A stretch of DNA of 64,000 nucleotides from Eukaryota sp. GEM-RC1 (lineage: Eukaryota), in NCBI GenBank assembly GCA_040285855.1, contig JAUFOQ010000013.1:682001-746000 (forward strand), written 5' to 3'. The notes beneath the pieces are model-generated. The model saw only the letters and a list, made by a program, of their open reading frames with translations. It was not told the origin of the DNA and did no database searches. A program made the translations under genes and the position numbers. This document shows positions 13,584-25,059 of this stretch, piece after piece. Position 1 is the stretch's first letter. Each line of letters starts with the position of its first letter.

Positions 13584-15257
13584 TTAGCACCTGATCCGAT
13601 TATTTGAGATTCTTATGATGAGTTGTTTAGTCTCAGAGTCAATAGAGTTATCCCAAAGATCAATCTGAGTAACAGTGGAATTCAGTTTCAAAGCATCAGC
13701 CAATGCGATGGCACCTTCATTACCAATAGAGTTATACTCAAGATCAATCTTAGTAACAGTGGAATTCATCTTCAAAGCATCAGCCAATGCAATGGCACCT
13801 TCACTACCAATAGAGTCAATCATCAGATCAACCTCACTAACAGACCCATTCCTCATTTCTTCCAAAACTTTCCTCAATCTAGGTGTTAACTTACTCAAAT
13901 CAATTTCATAATTACTATTAACTTCCCTTTTTACAGGTATTTCTTGTTGTAATTTCTTCTTTGGCTTTGGAATTAAACCTTGAGAACTTTCAATAGAAGG
14001 TGATGCAATAGAATTTTGAGGAATTTGATTATTAGAAGTATTGAATTTTAAACTTTGAGATTTAAGACGGTCATTTTCTTCTCTTAAGGAGTGATTGTCA
14101 GTTGTCAAATTTAAAATTTGTTGGTTAAAAGATGTTTCTTTGTTATGAAGCTCACTGTTTAGAGTAGAAATACTTTGAATTTGATTGACAAGTTCAAACT
14201 TCTCACTTTTCAAGTTCAAAACTTCCTCACTGAGTTCATCAATTTTAGTTTTCAATGATTCATTTTCTTCAATCAAAAATGATTGGTCATTAACACCACC
14301 AGCTTCCAAAACATTCAAAGTATTTAAAATGTCAGTGATTTCATCAATTTGAGGTCGTAATGATGGATCTGGATTTAAACACTTCGTTATTATCTCTTTC
14401 AAACAATCTGGTGTTGACTCATCAAAAGGTAATGGTTTGCCTTGAACTTTTGCTCCAACAATCTGCATCATTAGCAAACCTTCAAAAGCTTCTCGCCCAG
14501 TTAAAAGTTCATATAGTATTAATCCAAGTGAATAAATATCACTAAAAGGACCAGGTCTCGAATCAAACTGCTCAGGGGCAGCATACTTGGGACTCATGGC
14601 ATTTGCTCTAGTCACTAGAGTTGTGGCGGCGAGGTTCTTGGAAGTGCCAAAATCCGCAACTCTTACATGGTCGTCAACCAAAAGGACATTGGCTGGTTTT
14701 AAGTCTCCATGTACAACAGACTTGAGATGAAGGAACTTCACTGCCTGGCAAAGTTCTTTAGCGTACCTGACAGTAGTTGGAGAGAGAAGACTTGGGGAGG
14801 GGGAGAAGAAGCTAATTCCATGACGATACCAATGGAATTAGCAAAGCAGGTGGTACCAAATACACGAATGACAGCAGGATGGTTGAGATTGAAGAGAAGA
14901 TTCATTTCTCTCTGGAGTTCTATGCGTCCTTTCTCTGTGAGGGAGACCATCTTGATGGCGACGGAGAGATCGAACCAATGGGCGGAGTAAACTTCAGCAA
15001 AACCTCCTTCCGCGATCTTCTCTCCGAGAACGATTTGATCTGTGGATTTGTGGGCAGAGTTCTCCATCGCGAGATGCTTTGACCAGGTCCTGCAGAGCGA
15101 AGTTTACTTTCCTCTCTTCAAGACAATCGTTACGGCAAAGAGGACATTGATTTAGTGACTCTGAACATTTGGAACAACAAGTGTGTCCTTCGCAGCAGAT
15201 GAGGAGGGAAACACGGTTGGAGAGATTGAACGATTCACAACAAACGAAGCAGTCCAT
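13584..15257 (-). CDS. RING finger - TKL-type protein kinase - coiled coil - RI-like LRR protein (two frameshifts)
   Basis: CFVC..CCEGHTCCSKC..CPLC RING; IAEGGFAEVY, VAIK, HGDLKPANVLL, DFG, APE; three 28-aa NSIG.EGAIALADALK repeats. Pieces 14994..15257, 14738..15067, 13584..14741. Confidence 0.85.
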
Positions 15258-15820
15258 GTTGTGAAGTGATTTAATTTCAATTTTGGACAACTCTCTCAAC
15301 CAGTTCTTTGTCAAAAAGAACCTCTTATGCAATCCCAGCTCTGATCTTTGTTCAGAAGGATTTTTTTTATCAATTTTTTTCTCCAAACGTTTCACAAAAA
15401 TTGGTGTTTAATATGAGTGTATTAATATTTACTTATACAATAGAAATAAAGCTGTGCGCAATCAAGCATACCTCTGTGTAAATCAAACCCGCAAGTACTA
15501 GACAAACACGGTTAGATGAAATGAAATTCGTCCATCATCAATGGTCAATTGGCCTCAAAACAAATAGGACAATTGGCATTTGTGTAATGAACGGAGAATC
15601 TATACGGTACGTCTTCTCATCGTGTTTATTGTTTCCTATACAAATATGTTGCATCAGGATCAGTTTAGGAAATTACTAGGTATCAATTGTCGGTATGATC
15701 TGTGAACATTTGTATATCAAACTTGACTTTTTGATTGATTGTTAGCTGATAAAACTCTAACAATGAATACAAAAGAAAATAAAATATTAAAATATTCTTT
15801 ATACAAAAACGAGAGCATAT

Positions 15821-17074
15821 TCAAAATACTCCACTCAACATACAACAAAGCCTATACAAACTATTCATCACCAACTCCAGCACATCATAATTCTCAGCAG
15901 ACACTCGAGTACCAAACCAATGCAATAACCCACTAAACCTTCTAAAAACTTCAAAAGGAGGTTCCCCAAATACTCCGTCCTTACAAACCTTCTGTAGTTC
16001 AAGTAATAAAGCAACAGAGTGTACAACTAAGGACCACTCAGAAACACAACCTACATCTAGATCCATTACGGCTAGACTAGTCACAAGTCGAGCTTCCCTT
16101 AGAGTAGACCGATCAGCAGGGAGAATTGTGTGGAAAGGAAGTGTGAATGACTTGGTAACTACAGCACCAACGTCCATTGTCGGATCTACAACATTTTTTA
16201 AAAAACTTTGACAAGGTTGAAACAAGTTCTGGAGGTTGGTTAAAGTAGTATTAACCAAGTCTAATTCTTCCTGAACATCAACATCCACAATCCCTTTTAG
16301 TTTCAACTCGGACAATCTGTTCAACAATCGTTTGCGATGGTGTTCAAACACAGCTATATCTTGCTTACATTTAGGATCTTCTAAAGAATTCCCCCTTGAA
16401 TTGTTGACGTGATCAGTGATGACTTGATCGCGTAGTTTACGTTGCTGAATAGAGGACATTGGATCTCGAGAGGTTATTACCAAGTGAACAGGTATCAAAT
16501 GACTTCGGGAATATACGTCTAATACAGAGACCATCATTGAGGTCTCGTCAAAAGCAATAACCTTGCCCATGGATAAGTATGAAGTAGAAGGATAAAGAAT
16601 GACGTCACCAGGAGATAGGGAAAGAAGGTGGGAAGAGGAACGTTGGAAGTGGAGGAGTTTGGCTTTTTCTTCTTGAATGAATTTTTTAGAGAATAATCTG
16701 GGTTTTGGTCTTGATGGTTGGTGACAAGTTGAGCAAAAGTAAATGGCATCTATATCAGAATAAATAAATTCACCAAATACATAGGCTTTTGTCTCTTGAC
16801 GTAGGTACTTCTTGACATCTGCATTTGAGTAGTAGTAAGGGTGTCCTGGAAGTGAGTGTGAAGAAACAGAAGGACTATCATTCAAAAGAGAATTCACTTT
16901 AGAGGCAAATTGGAGGGCTGAAAACAGTGTTTCCTTGGTGAAACGATAGTCTGAATCGTATAGAGATACGCTATAAGCAAGTAGTAGAGGTGGAAGATGG
17001 TTGAATCGATGGAAGATCCTGTGTGCTGATGTATTTAGTGTACACAGATTGAATAGGTCCAGTAAATCTTTCAT
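15821..17074 (-). CDS. LIN-9/ALWAYS EARLY-like (DIRP domain) protein
   Basis: YVFGEFIYSDIDAIYF and KPRLFSKKFIQEEKAKL match the DIRP motifs (EWFYS.ID..F, KPRRFS..F..EER), followed by a Tudor-like segment. The start may lie further upstream. Confidence 0.6.
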   Translation of the reverse strand: MKDLLDLFNLCTLNTSAHRIFHRFNHLPPLLLAYSVSLYDSDYRFTKETLFSALQFASKVNSLLNDSPSVSSHSLPGHPYYYSNADVKKYLRQETKAYVFGEFIYSDIDAIYFCSTCHQPSRPKPRLFSKKFIQEEKAKLLHFQRSSSHLLSLSPGDVILYPSTSYLSMGKVIAFDETSMMVSVLDVYSRSHLIPVHLVITSRDPMSSIQQRKLRDQVITDHVNNSRGNSLEDPKCKQDIAVFEHHRKRLLNRLSELKLKGIVDVDVQEELDLVNTTLTNLQNLFQPCQSFLKNVVDPTMDVGAVVTKSFTLPFHTILPADRSTLREARLVTSLAVMDLDVGCVSEWSLVVHSVALLLELQKVCKDGVFGEPPFEVFRRFSGLLHWFGTRVSAENYDVLELVMNSLYRLCCMLSGVF

Positions 17075-17323
17075 TAAGCTATGAAGTAATTATCAGTAAG
17101 GGGATATGAACGGAAAGTGTTGGAGGACACTTCTTTTCGGAATAGGATATCTGACGCCACCTTTTTGGTTGAAAGATTCGTTATATTCCGTTTCGGCGAA
17201 CTCTGATTGCTACTGTATGTATCTGGTACATATCCATGTTGTCAGTCAGTTTCGAGGTTGACAAGAATCTACAGTTTCGCATAAATTAACCGAGACTTTT
17301 CTTCTTCTAAAAACCAACTCACT

Positions 17324-17842
17324 ATGGATCTTATTACTCATGCTGTCTCTCTTGTGCTTTCTGAATGGGGTACTTTACATCTCATTGTAAGGGAGAACTT
17401 TGCCGGATCTCGTGATGCCACTAATTCTTCTTTAAAATTTCTTTTGGAAGACATATGTAGTATATGCGCCCCAGACTTTAAGAAAGATAGAGAAACATAT
17501 CTTATTGGTCTTCTGGATGAAGTGCTAGCTGATGACTTCAATGTTGACCTTGAAGATGAACATGAACTCACTGCTATCGCTCGCTACATTCTTACAGTAG
17601 TTGAGCACGCCCAACGGTATTCTACAAATCCTGAAGAGTGCTCAGCTGAAAACAACTTTTACCTAAAGGAAAAAGCCGGCTCTTCTGCAGAAGATCCTAT
17701 GGAAACTCTCTACAACATTGACCAAGCTGAAGGGGAGTCTTCAGATGACGAGGATGATGAAGAAGAAGAAGAGTCTGGTCCTCAAAGATCTGCGTCTCCG
17801 GAAGTTGATGAAGATGGATTTATCACAGTGAAGAGGCGTTAA
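17324..17842 (+). CDS. TSR2: Pre-rRNA-processing protein TSR2 homolog
   Basis: VLSEWGTLHLIVRENFAG (WGG domain), LADDFNVDLED, acidic tail ending DEDGFITVKRR. Confidence 0.8.
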   Translation: MDLITHAVSLVLSEWGTLHLIVRENFAGSRDATNSSLKFLLEDICSICAPDFKKDRETYLIGLLDEVLADDFNVDLEDEHELTAIARYILTVVEHAQRYSTNPEECSAENNFYLKEKAGSSAEDPMETLYNIDQAEGESSDDEDDEEEEESGPQRSASPEVDEDGFITVKRR

Positions 17843-18502
17843 CTGTTTACTGAACGTTCACTTTATTTTCTCTCGTTCTTTTGATTGAAAGAGAAATGCC
17901 CTTTTAGGCTGAGTAACTGAAGGAATTTTCGATTTGAGTTTTTTGATGTAGTTTATTCCTTTGTTCTAGAATATTATTCTTCACTTTATCTTGAACTCAT
18001 AATATAATCCCCGGATTAGATCAATACTTTCATTATACTGTATCAAGGGTTGCGACATGAACTCTGATTCAATACTTCCATCAGTTGATTCAACTACAGT
18101 GCATGTAGTCACTTTTAATGTTAAAACGTATATGGTGTCGCATCAATAATTCAAGTCAATTTCAATTATAACGTACACAAAAGAATGATATTAGGAAAAA
18201 AACTGATCTTTGGGCTCATTGACAGTTTGCAGAATGATATGGAGTTATTCTAGTTATGTAACCGAATAATTGTTGGAAGTACAAGTGTTGTTTTCCATGG
18301 TTTTTAAATTTGGCTTTCCAGAACCGATGCTAATACTGCCATGAATACCAGCATTATGTAGCGTATAGATGTGCCATTACATCGACATCGGTTTGCGATA
18401 TGAACACTCAATTCACAGATGAAGTGTTCTGATTAAATTGGTTTGTTAATCCAATTAGTTTCTGAAGCTCTCTCCTAAAACTCTGCCCCTATTAAACAAC
18501 TT

Positions 18503-19726
18503 ATGCATGAGTTCGATATTCCCGAATTAGACACACACTTCCCCAAAGAAAAAAATCCTTTTAATCCCGCAAAACGCGCTGCTCTTACATCTGCTTTTGA
18601 GAAATCAACACCAGTTCTTTCCACCAGTCAAACCAGGCCTAAAACTGCTCATGCTCGTACCTCCTCCTCATCTTCATCTGTGGATGACAGAATCACCCAC
18701 TTACACTCATCAGATCGTCGTACAACAAGACTACTCTCATTTCTCCAATCCTCATCTTCTTCTGCTCCTTCAGTCAACGAACTTCTCTCCACTGTACGCT
18801 CTCAAGGAAGACTCAACATGATCAACAAACTTACCATTGATGATATCAACGCTGTTGTAGCTTCTAAGGATAGGGAAATTGAACACTTACGCAGTGACTT
18901 CTCGGTGGAAGTTGCAGAACTCAGTTCAACTAATTCATCTCTACAAGAAGAGATTGCTAGATTGAAAGAGGAAGTTGTTGACAAGGAGTTGACCATTGAC
19001 AACTTGTCTACTAAAATAGATCTACTTAGTACTAAGGCTCGGTTTTTTGAACAGAAATGCGTGGAAAAGGACCAGAAGCTGACGTTGTTTTCTGACCTTC
19101 AGCCTGTGTTTGAAACTCTATCCCAAACTTTCTCCTTCACAACCCCGTCAGAACTTGTTGAAAAGTATGATACGCTTCAGGAGCTACAACGACAGCATTT
19201 GGAGATGCTTGACGTGGCAAATGAAGACAAATCAAGACTCCAGGAGACTGTCAATCAACTGACTGGCACAAATGAGCTGTTGAGACATAAACTTTCCAAT
19301 TTAGAAACTGTAAAGCAATCACGACTGGAAATGGAAACAGAGCGATTAAAGAGTCAAATTCGAAACTATGAAGAGCTCATCAAACGTCATGATCAAGAAG
19401 TCGTTAGAAGTCGCCGATTAGAGCTCTCACTGCAGGAGTTGCATGACAAATGGATAAATAAGGACGATACTCTCAGTACTGAATTTAGACCTAATCACAT
19501 CGTGACTGCCATCGACATGTTGTTAACCACACAAGGAGTTTCTGACTCTAAAGATTTGTATTTTAGGAAGCTTACTGGTTTGTCACATCGGTTTTGGCGG
19601 GAGCATTTAAGTGACGAGGAAGAGTTAAAGGGACAGCCTTTGAAGGTGTATGAACGTGTTTTTGAGTTTGTTCTACAGTTAAAAGTTAAAAATTCTAATT
19701 TATTTAAAAAAGTTGGGGGAGTCTAG
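18503..19726 (+). CDS. Coiled-coil protein of unknown function (may extend to ~19889 via frameshift)
   Basis: 407-aa ORF with extended heptad pattern; coding-like sequence continues past a G-run near 19716. Confidence 0.7.
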   Translation: MHEFDIPELDTHFPKEKNPFNPAKRAALTSAFEKSTPVLSTSQTRPKTAHARTSSSSSSVDDRITHLHSSDRRTTRLLSFLQSSSSSAPSVNELLSTVRSQGRLNMINKLTIDDINAVVASKDREIEHLRSDFSVEVAELSSTNSSLQEEIARLKEEVVDKELTIDNLSTKIDLLSTKARFFEQKCVEKDQKLTLFSDLQPVFETLSQTFSFTTPSELVEKYDTLQELQRQHLEMLDVANEDKSRLQETVNQLTGTNELLRHKLSNLETVKQSRLEMETERLKSQIRNYEELIKRHDQEVVRSRRLELSLQELHDKWINKDDTLSTEFRPNHIVTAIDMLLTTQGVSDSKDLYFRKLTGLSHRFWREHLSDEEELKGQPLKVYERVFEFVLQLKVKNSNLFKKVGGV

Positions 19727-19902
19727 GCTTGAGGTAAAACAGTTGTTAGATGAAATTGAAGTTCTTAAACGACGTGAAAGAGTTGAACGACCGAGGATAC
19801 GTAAAACTAGGGTCAAAAAGGTGAAGAAAACTAAGGAAAAGTCAAACGAAGTCAAGGGAAACACGTTTTTAACTGATGGATGTACATAATTTGGGCAATA
19901 TT

Positions 19903-21744
19903 TTAAATTTTTGGTAATTTTATTTCGAGAGAACTTAGTTCTTTCTGTACTATAGCTTGTCGTTGGCTGGGTCTACTGTTTCTTTTTGAAATTTTTAAAT
20001 TTCTAGGAACTTTTGGCAGTGTTGGAACGCTGAATGTCGATGGTAATATTAAATTATGTAAGACCGGACTCAATTGAAATAATGGAAACGATTTCAAATT
20101 TCTAGCAGAATGACGTATTCCCAAAATATTCACAAAATTCTCCCGTGTCAAAATTTTCAAATCCAACGCTGATTGCCAAACTATTTGATAAACTTCTATT
20201 AAATTACGAATCAATTCATTTTCAGTTGGCATGTGAAGCTCCAATCTCTCTTCATCAGACTCGTCATCAGAGTTTTGAGCATCAGCAGCTGAATTAGTTG
20301 AAAGAGACGAGGATGAGCTTGACTTTAGAAGACTTGATTCATCATCACGTAATTGTTTCCTCTTTTTGATTTTTGATCCCCTTTTATGACCTTCGACACG
20401 TAGTTCGGCTCTTATTCCATCAATTAAATTTAATAATGTGTTGCAATTTTCTTTTTTCAATCGGGATGATGGTGACACGCAGAATAGATCTAGAATCGAA
20501 TGCATCATAGCTTCACCTATAGAACACCAAACTGTCGGATTGTAATGACTATCATTTTGGATAGTTGACCTTGTGATTTGATCGGTTTCCAATGGGAAAA
20601 TTTGATTGAAAACGTGACCGTTGTTTGGATTGGATTCGAGTGTGTAGCAATGAATTATTCCGAATTTTTTAAATAGTGCAACTCTGCTACTTCCTTGTTT
20701 AGATAGACCTTGTTTGTCCTTGGCCGTCATTCCTTTGGAGGAAAACATGCACTGTCGATAGTCGAAATATTTGGAATTATTTGAAAAAATCTTACCAAAC
20801 AACATATTTTGAATTTGAAGCTCATCATTTGATAATCTATTTCCAAACATAAACACTCCTCTGCGAGATGCATGGGCATGAAGATCAATAAACATTGCAA
20901 TTTTTGAAATTTTGGACAAATTTTCAATATAATCTTTTAAATACCAAATAGTTGGATGACGATCTTTGTTAGGAAAATCATAAAATCTATTTAGATTGAC
21001 GCCCAATTTGTCCATTCGATAGTGGCCTCGAAAAACACCATCAGGATTAAGACACGGACATATTTTAATTTCAAAGAGACTTCTGATGACGTCAGCGTGG
21101 GTAGAATCAGAGAGAATGGCACGCAGAAAACCTTCTAGCATAAATGAAGCTGATGTTTCTCCAGGATGAACTCTTGCCGTGACAAAGATGATTGGCTTGA
21201 CTTGAGACGACTGATGACGTTTTGTGACAGTCAGAATAGTAACTGGATGTCCATCTAGAGATTCTCCAATGATCTCCTCTTGAAACGACACAAGTGGAGA
21301 AATAGTGGGACTTATGGATGAATAAAGTTGTTGTATTTTAGAGAAAGGGTAAGGATAAGTCCAAGCAAAGAAGTGTGTGTGAGAAGGTGGGCATTTAATG
21401 TGGTGAGAAAAGGAAAGATGGGTGATTGACTTGTTGCGAGACTTAAACAGGACATGAGAATCTATACGATCGTAAGGAGATTGGCATTCTTGACAAGAGT
21501 GAACAGGGCGGAAGTCTTGTTTATAGAGGTTTGCGTGGTTTGAGGGATTTTCTAGAGTAAAAGTAACACGTTTATCAGGGAGAAGTCCTTGTACAGAGAA
21601 AAAGAACCATGATTTTGAAGACAGTGAATATGCATCAGACGCAGCTGTGATGCGATACTGACAATGATCAGTTTGGATGACATTTGCAAGGTTACCAGAG
21701 TCAAAATCAGAGGAAAACAAGACTTGGTCGATTGAGATGGACAT
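19903..21744 (-). CDS. AGBL5: Cytosolic carboxypeptidase (tubulin deglutamylase), CCP5/AGBL5-like
   Basis: FSSDFDSGNL, ARVHPGE, LNPDGV..GHYR.D..GVNLNR, DLHAH, KDKQGLSKQGSSRVA, HCYTLE. Confidence 0.85.
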   Translation of the reverse strand: MSISIDQVLFSSDFDSGNLANVIQTDHCQYRITAASDAYSLSSKSWFFFSVQGLLPDKRVTFTLENPSNHANLYKQDFRPVHSCQECQSPYDRIDSHVLFKSRNKSITHLSFSHHIKCPPSHTHFFAWTYPYPFSKIQQLYSSISPTISPLVSFQEEIIGESLDGHPVTILTVTKRHQSSQVKPIIFVTARVHPGETSASFMLEGFLRAILSDSTHADVIRSLFEIKICPCLNPDGVFRGHYRMDKLGVNLNRFYDFPNKDRHPTIWYLKDYIENLSKISKIAMFIDLHAHASRRGVFMFGNRLSNDELQIQNMLFGKIFSNNSKYFDYRQCMFSSKGMTAKDKQGLSKQGSSRVALFKKFGIIHCYTLESNPNNGHVFNQIFPLETDQITRSTIQNDSHYNPTVWCSIGEAMMHSILDLFCVSPSSRLKKENCNTLLNLIDGIRAELRVEGHKRGSKIKKRKQLRDDESSLLKSSSSSSLSTNSAADAQNSDDESDEERLELHMPTENELIRNLIEVYQIVWQSALDLKILTRENFVNILGIRHSARNLKSFPLFQLSPVLHNLILPSTFSVPTLPKVPRNLKISKRNSRPSQRQAIVQKELSSLEIKLPKI

Positions 21745-22660
21745 CTATTAGTTGGTGAAACTCAAGATATTTTCTGTCAGGCTCCATTAACAGAATTTGA
21801 ATTGTACTTTGTTGATTCAGTACATTAGCACTAGATAAATCAAAGAGATTTACTGAGTGGTCAACGATTTCCCAATTCACTTGTTTCCCTTCTACTACAA
21901 TTACAGAAGAAATGGATGGAATTTCATCTCAAAAAGTGGTTCAAAAAATAATTTTTGTGGATCAATGTAACTGACATTAACTATTAAAGATTCCCAAATT
22001 ATATGTTTCTTAAACAACTCAACTTTCAAAAACTTTCTGAAATATTCTAATTGTTTCTTTGGGGAATGACAGGAGGATCATAGTTCAGACACTCTAGTTT
22101 GTGTCTTTTTGTCATTGTTTTTGCAAAAACAATATTTCATTGTGTTGATCATAAACCCTATTCTTTTCTAATTGTAAATTGACTTTAATAGTGGTTTAGT
22201 GTGAGTCATCACTATTTTTGAGTTACAGAAACAATTTGTCAACTACAATCAAATCTTGGACTTTAAAAGTCATATTAGAGTGAAGACTAAGATCTTTAGA
22301 GTGAATTTATTACCAACAAGGTAAAGGTGAATCTACTACAGTACTACGTGTACAGTACATGTGTCAGAGCTCCTCATAAACAAATATATAAATTCTATTA
22401 ATTTTTATTTAATTTTATTTATATTTATATTCGACACTTTTTGGCGATCTTGTAAATAAAACAAAATTAAAAAATATATAAACAAAGTTCCTTTCAGTTA
22501 TACATGCACTTGAGGTCCGGTATACTCGAACTAAGTGCAAAACTCTCTTCAAACCATAGTCAAATGAACGCGTCTCAAAAGGTCCTGTCTCCATCATCAA
22601 AACAACCCAAAATTGTACTCATTTCAATGAAACTGCCAAATTTTTCTGAACGGATTAGTA

Positions 22661-24433
22661 CAGTGATGCGAAGAAATTAATTTAAATTAAATTATTAATT
22701 CTTGACGCCCTCAATTAATTAATTTTAATTGTGGTGGCCTAAAATTAATTAATGTTAATTCTCCGGTCCCACAATTAATTAATTGTAATTTATTGCAATT
22801 AATTCTATAGTAGCAATACAATAACAGACAACATATTATCAATCAGAATTTTCATCTGTAGTCAATGGTACTGATTTCAGAAACGTTGTCTCATGCAAGT
22901 TCTTGGTCACAATTAATTTGATTACATCAAAGTACCAACAATCAGTGTTCTAGAGATGGAACACTTGCTTTGTTAGAGAATTCAAAGATTCTCGTATTTG
23001 CAAAGATGATATTACGATTATATTGAACCAGGAGTCAATTCTATTGGCCTGTTGTGGAGTTTTTTGTGTTTTGAATCTCAGACACTAAGCATTTTTTGAC
23101 GACATCGTGTGTTTGCTGATCTTTAGCAGTCCAGGTTTGAATGTTGCCACTTTTATACTCAAACCATGTACTTGTAAGGTTCTCATATGCACTAGCTGAT
23201 CATGGTCTGACACATGTAAAAATGAACAATGCCTTCTTGCTGAATATTGGGGGAGATGACATAGTGTGGCTGACAAGAAATTATACAGTTATTTCTACTA
23301 ATTAGCGTCAAAGAAATTCCGTGTCGAAACATTTTGTCTTTAAAGTTTGCTTTAAAAAAGCTACAAAATCATTTATTCAAGTATTTTAAAAGTTTAGATT
23401 TCACAGCCCGTCTTAGCTCGGCTAAGGAAAAAAATCCAGCTTTCGCTAATTTTTTAATTGATTTAAAGGAGAGTTCTGACGTGGCATTAATTAATCAAAT
23501 TCCACAAGTATATGGTTTGTTATTAACTGATCATCAATGGACCACTACAATGAGACTTCGTTGTTATTTATGGCCATATAATTTGCCAAATGATCTTCAA
23601 TGTAGCTGTGGACAACAATTAACGTTTTCTCATCTGTTAGATTGTAATCGCTACATAACTTATCGAACTTGTTTACATGATGCTGTAAGAGATCAAATAC
23701 ATGCTATGTGTAAGTCTTACAAAATTGAGTCATTTGGTGAACCACTTCTAAGATCTTTAGAACCAAGTAATAATTGTAATGTCGAAAAACAGAACCAATT
23801 TTTTGGTAAACGGAGAGCAGATGTTGTTGTCCCTTCTTCTTCAGACAAATTGTTTGTTGTTGATGTAGTGTCAGTGGATGTTTGTAAAAAGACATCTTTA
23901 AAGAACGCTTCGTCTGAAACTTCTCCTTTAGACATTTCTGAACAGGCCAAACAGGATAAGTACAAGAAACCATTGATGGCTTTAAAACATGTAAAACATG
24001 TTGAGTACGAATTATGCCCTTTGCTGTTTCCAATATACGGACGTTTAGGAAAAGTGCATTGAATTTTTAAACGATTTCGGAAAAATCGTAAAAAATAGGA
24101 TGAACAAACGTTTTGATCATATGTTATGGTTGAATCGTGTCGTTTTTACTGTTTTTAAAACAGTTCCCCTAATCATCTCCAAAGCTTTATTAGCAGTGAG
24201 TTCCTTTTATGAGGACAAAGCTGTTGTAAGGTTTGATAGCGACGGGTGTTGTTTTAATGATATCAAATTTTAGTTGTTTGATCTATTACATTTATAATAA
24301 AACTACTACAAAAAAATTAGCGTTAATTACTAGTAATTTTAATTCTAAGGTGTAACAATTAATTAAGTATAATTTTAAGCGGCTAGAATAACTAGCCGCT
24401 TAATTAACTAGAATTAATTTTTTCGCATCACTG
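22661..24433. mobile_element. Non-autonomous hAT-type element containing a non-LTR retrotransposon fragment
   Basis: TIR CAGTGATGCGAA.AAATTAATT / AATTAATTTTTTCGCATCACTG. Perfect 8-bp TSD GATTAGTA (22653-22660, 24434-24441). AATTAATT subterminal repeats. Confidence 0.9.
23310..24315 (+). mobile_element. 5'-truncated non-LTR retrotransposon with restriction-like endonuclease (CRE/R2-like group)
   Basis: CSCG..HLLDC zinc motif, LHDAVRD, RRADVV..VVDV..KQDKY, YGRLG. 3' end ACTACTACAAAAAAA. Confidence 0.8.
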
Positions 24434-25059
24434 GATTAGTAGATAATGATGAAACTTTTTTCCCATCCAACCCATTTGTTGTTCAGGAGTGAACGAAAGA
24501 TACCTTTTAGCAACTAAAATGATGATTAATCTTCATGGCTCTAGATGAAATGACAACAACATTGGAGCCATCACAAGAAGAAAAAAGGTCAGACAAGCCA
24601 AAAACTGTCCCATGAGTTGGGTTTTCCCTCACCATGACTTGAATTTCTTGAACTATGATGTATATACAAATATTTTGTTTTTACTTGTGTTGTATTATGT
24701 TTTATGAGATGGACTGACTATTATGTGTAAATATGATAATATGATCAACATTTTTATATCAAATAATCTAATTCTTTATCACCAATGAATTTGTCTAAGG
24801 AAACTAAAGCAAGTGAACAAATGGTCTTACTACTAGTATGTGTTCCAATTGTATAATTGTGATTATGACTTCAAACATGGCAAGGAATGAAAATCTTTGA
24901 CTGTTTGTAAATTAAGATTGACGTCATAAAGTATGTAGCTTTGTTCAACTAAATCAAGCCTTTTTACCAAGATCAGAGCTATGATTGTATGAGACCTTCT
25001 TTTTGACAAAGAACTGGTTGAGAGTGTTGTCCAAAATTGAAATTAAATCACTTCTCAAC

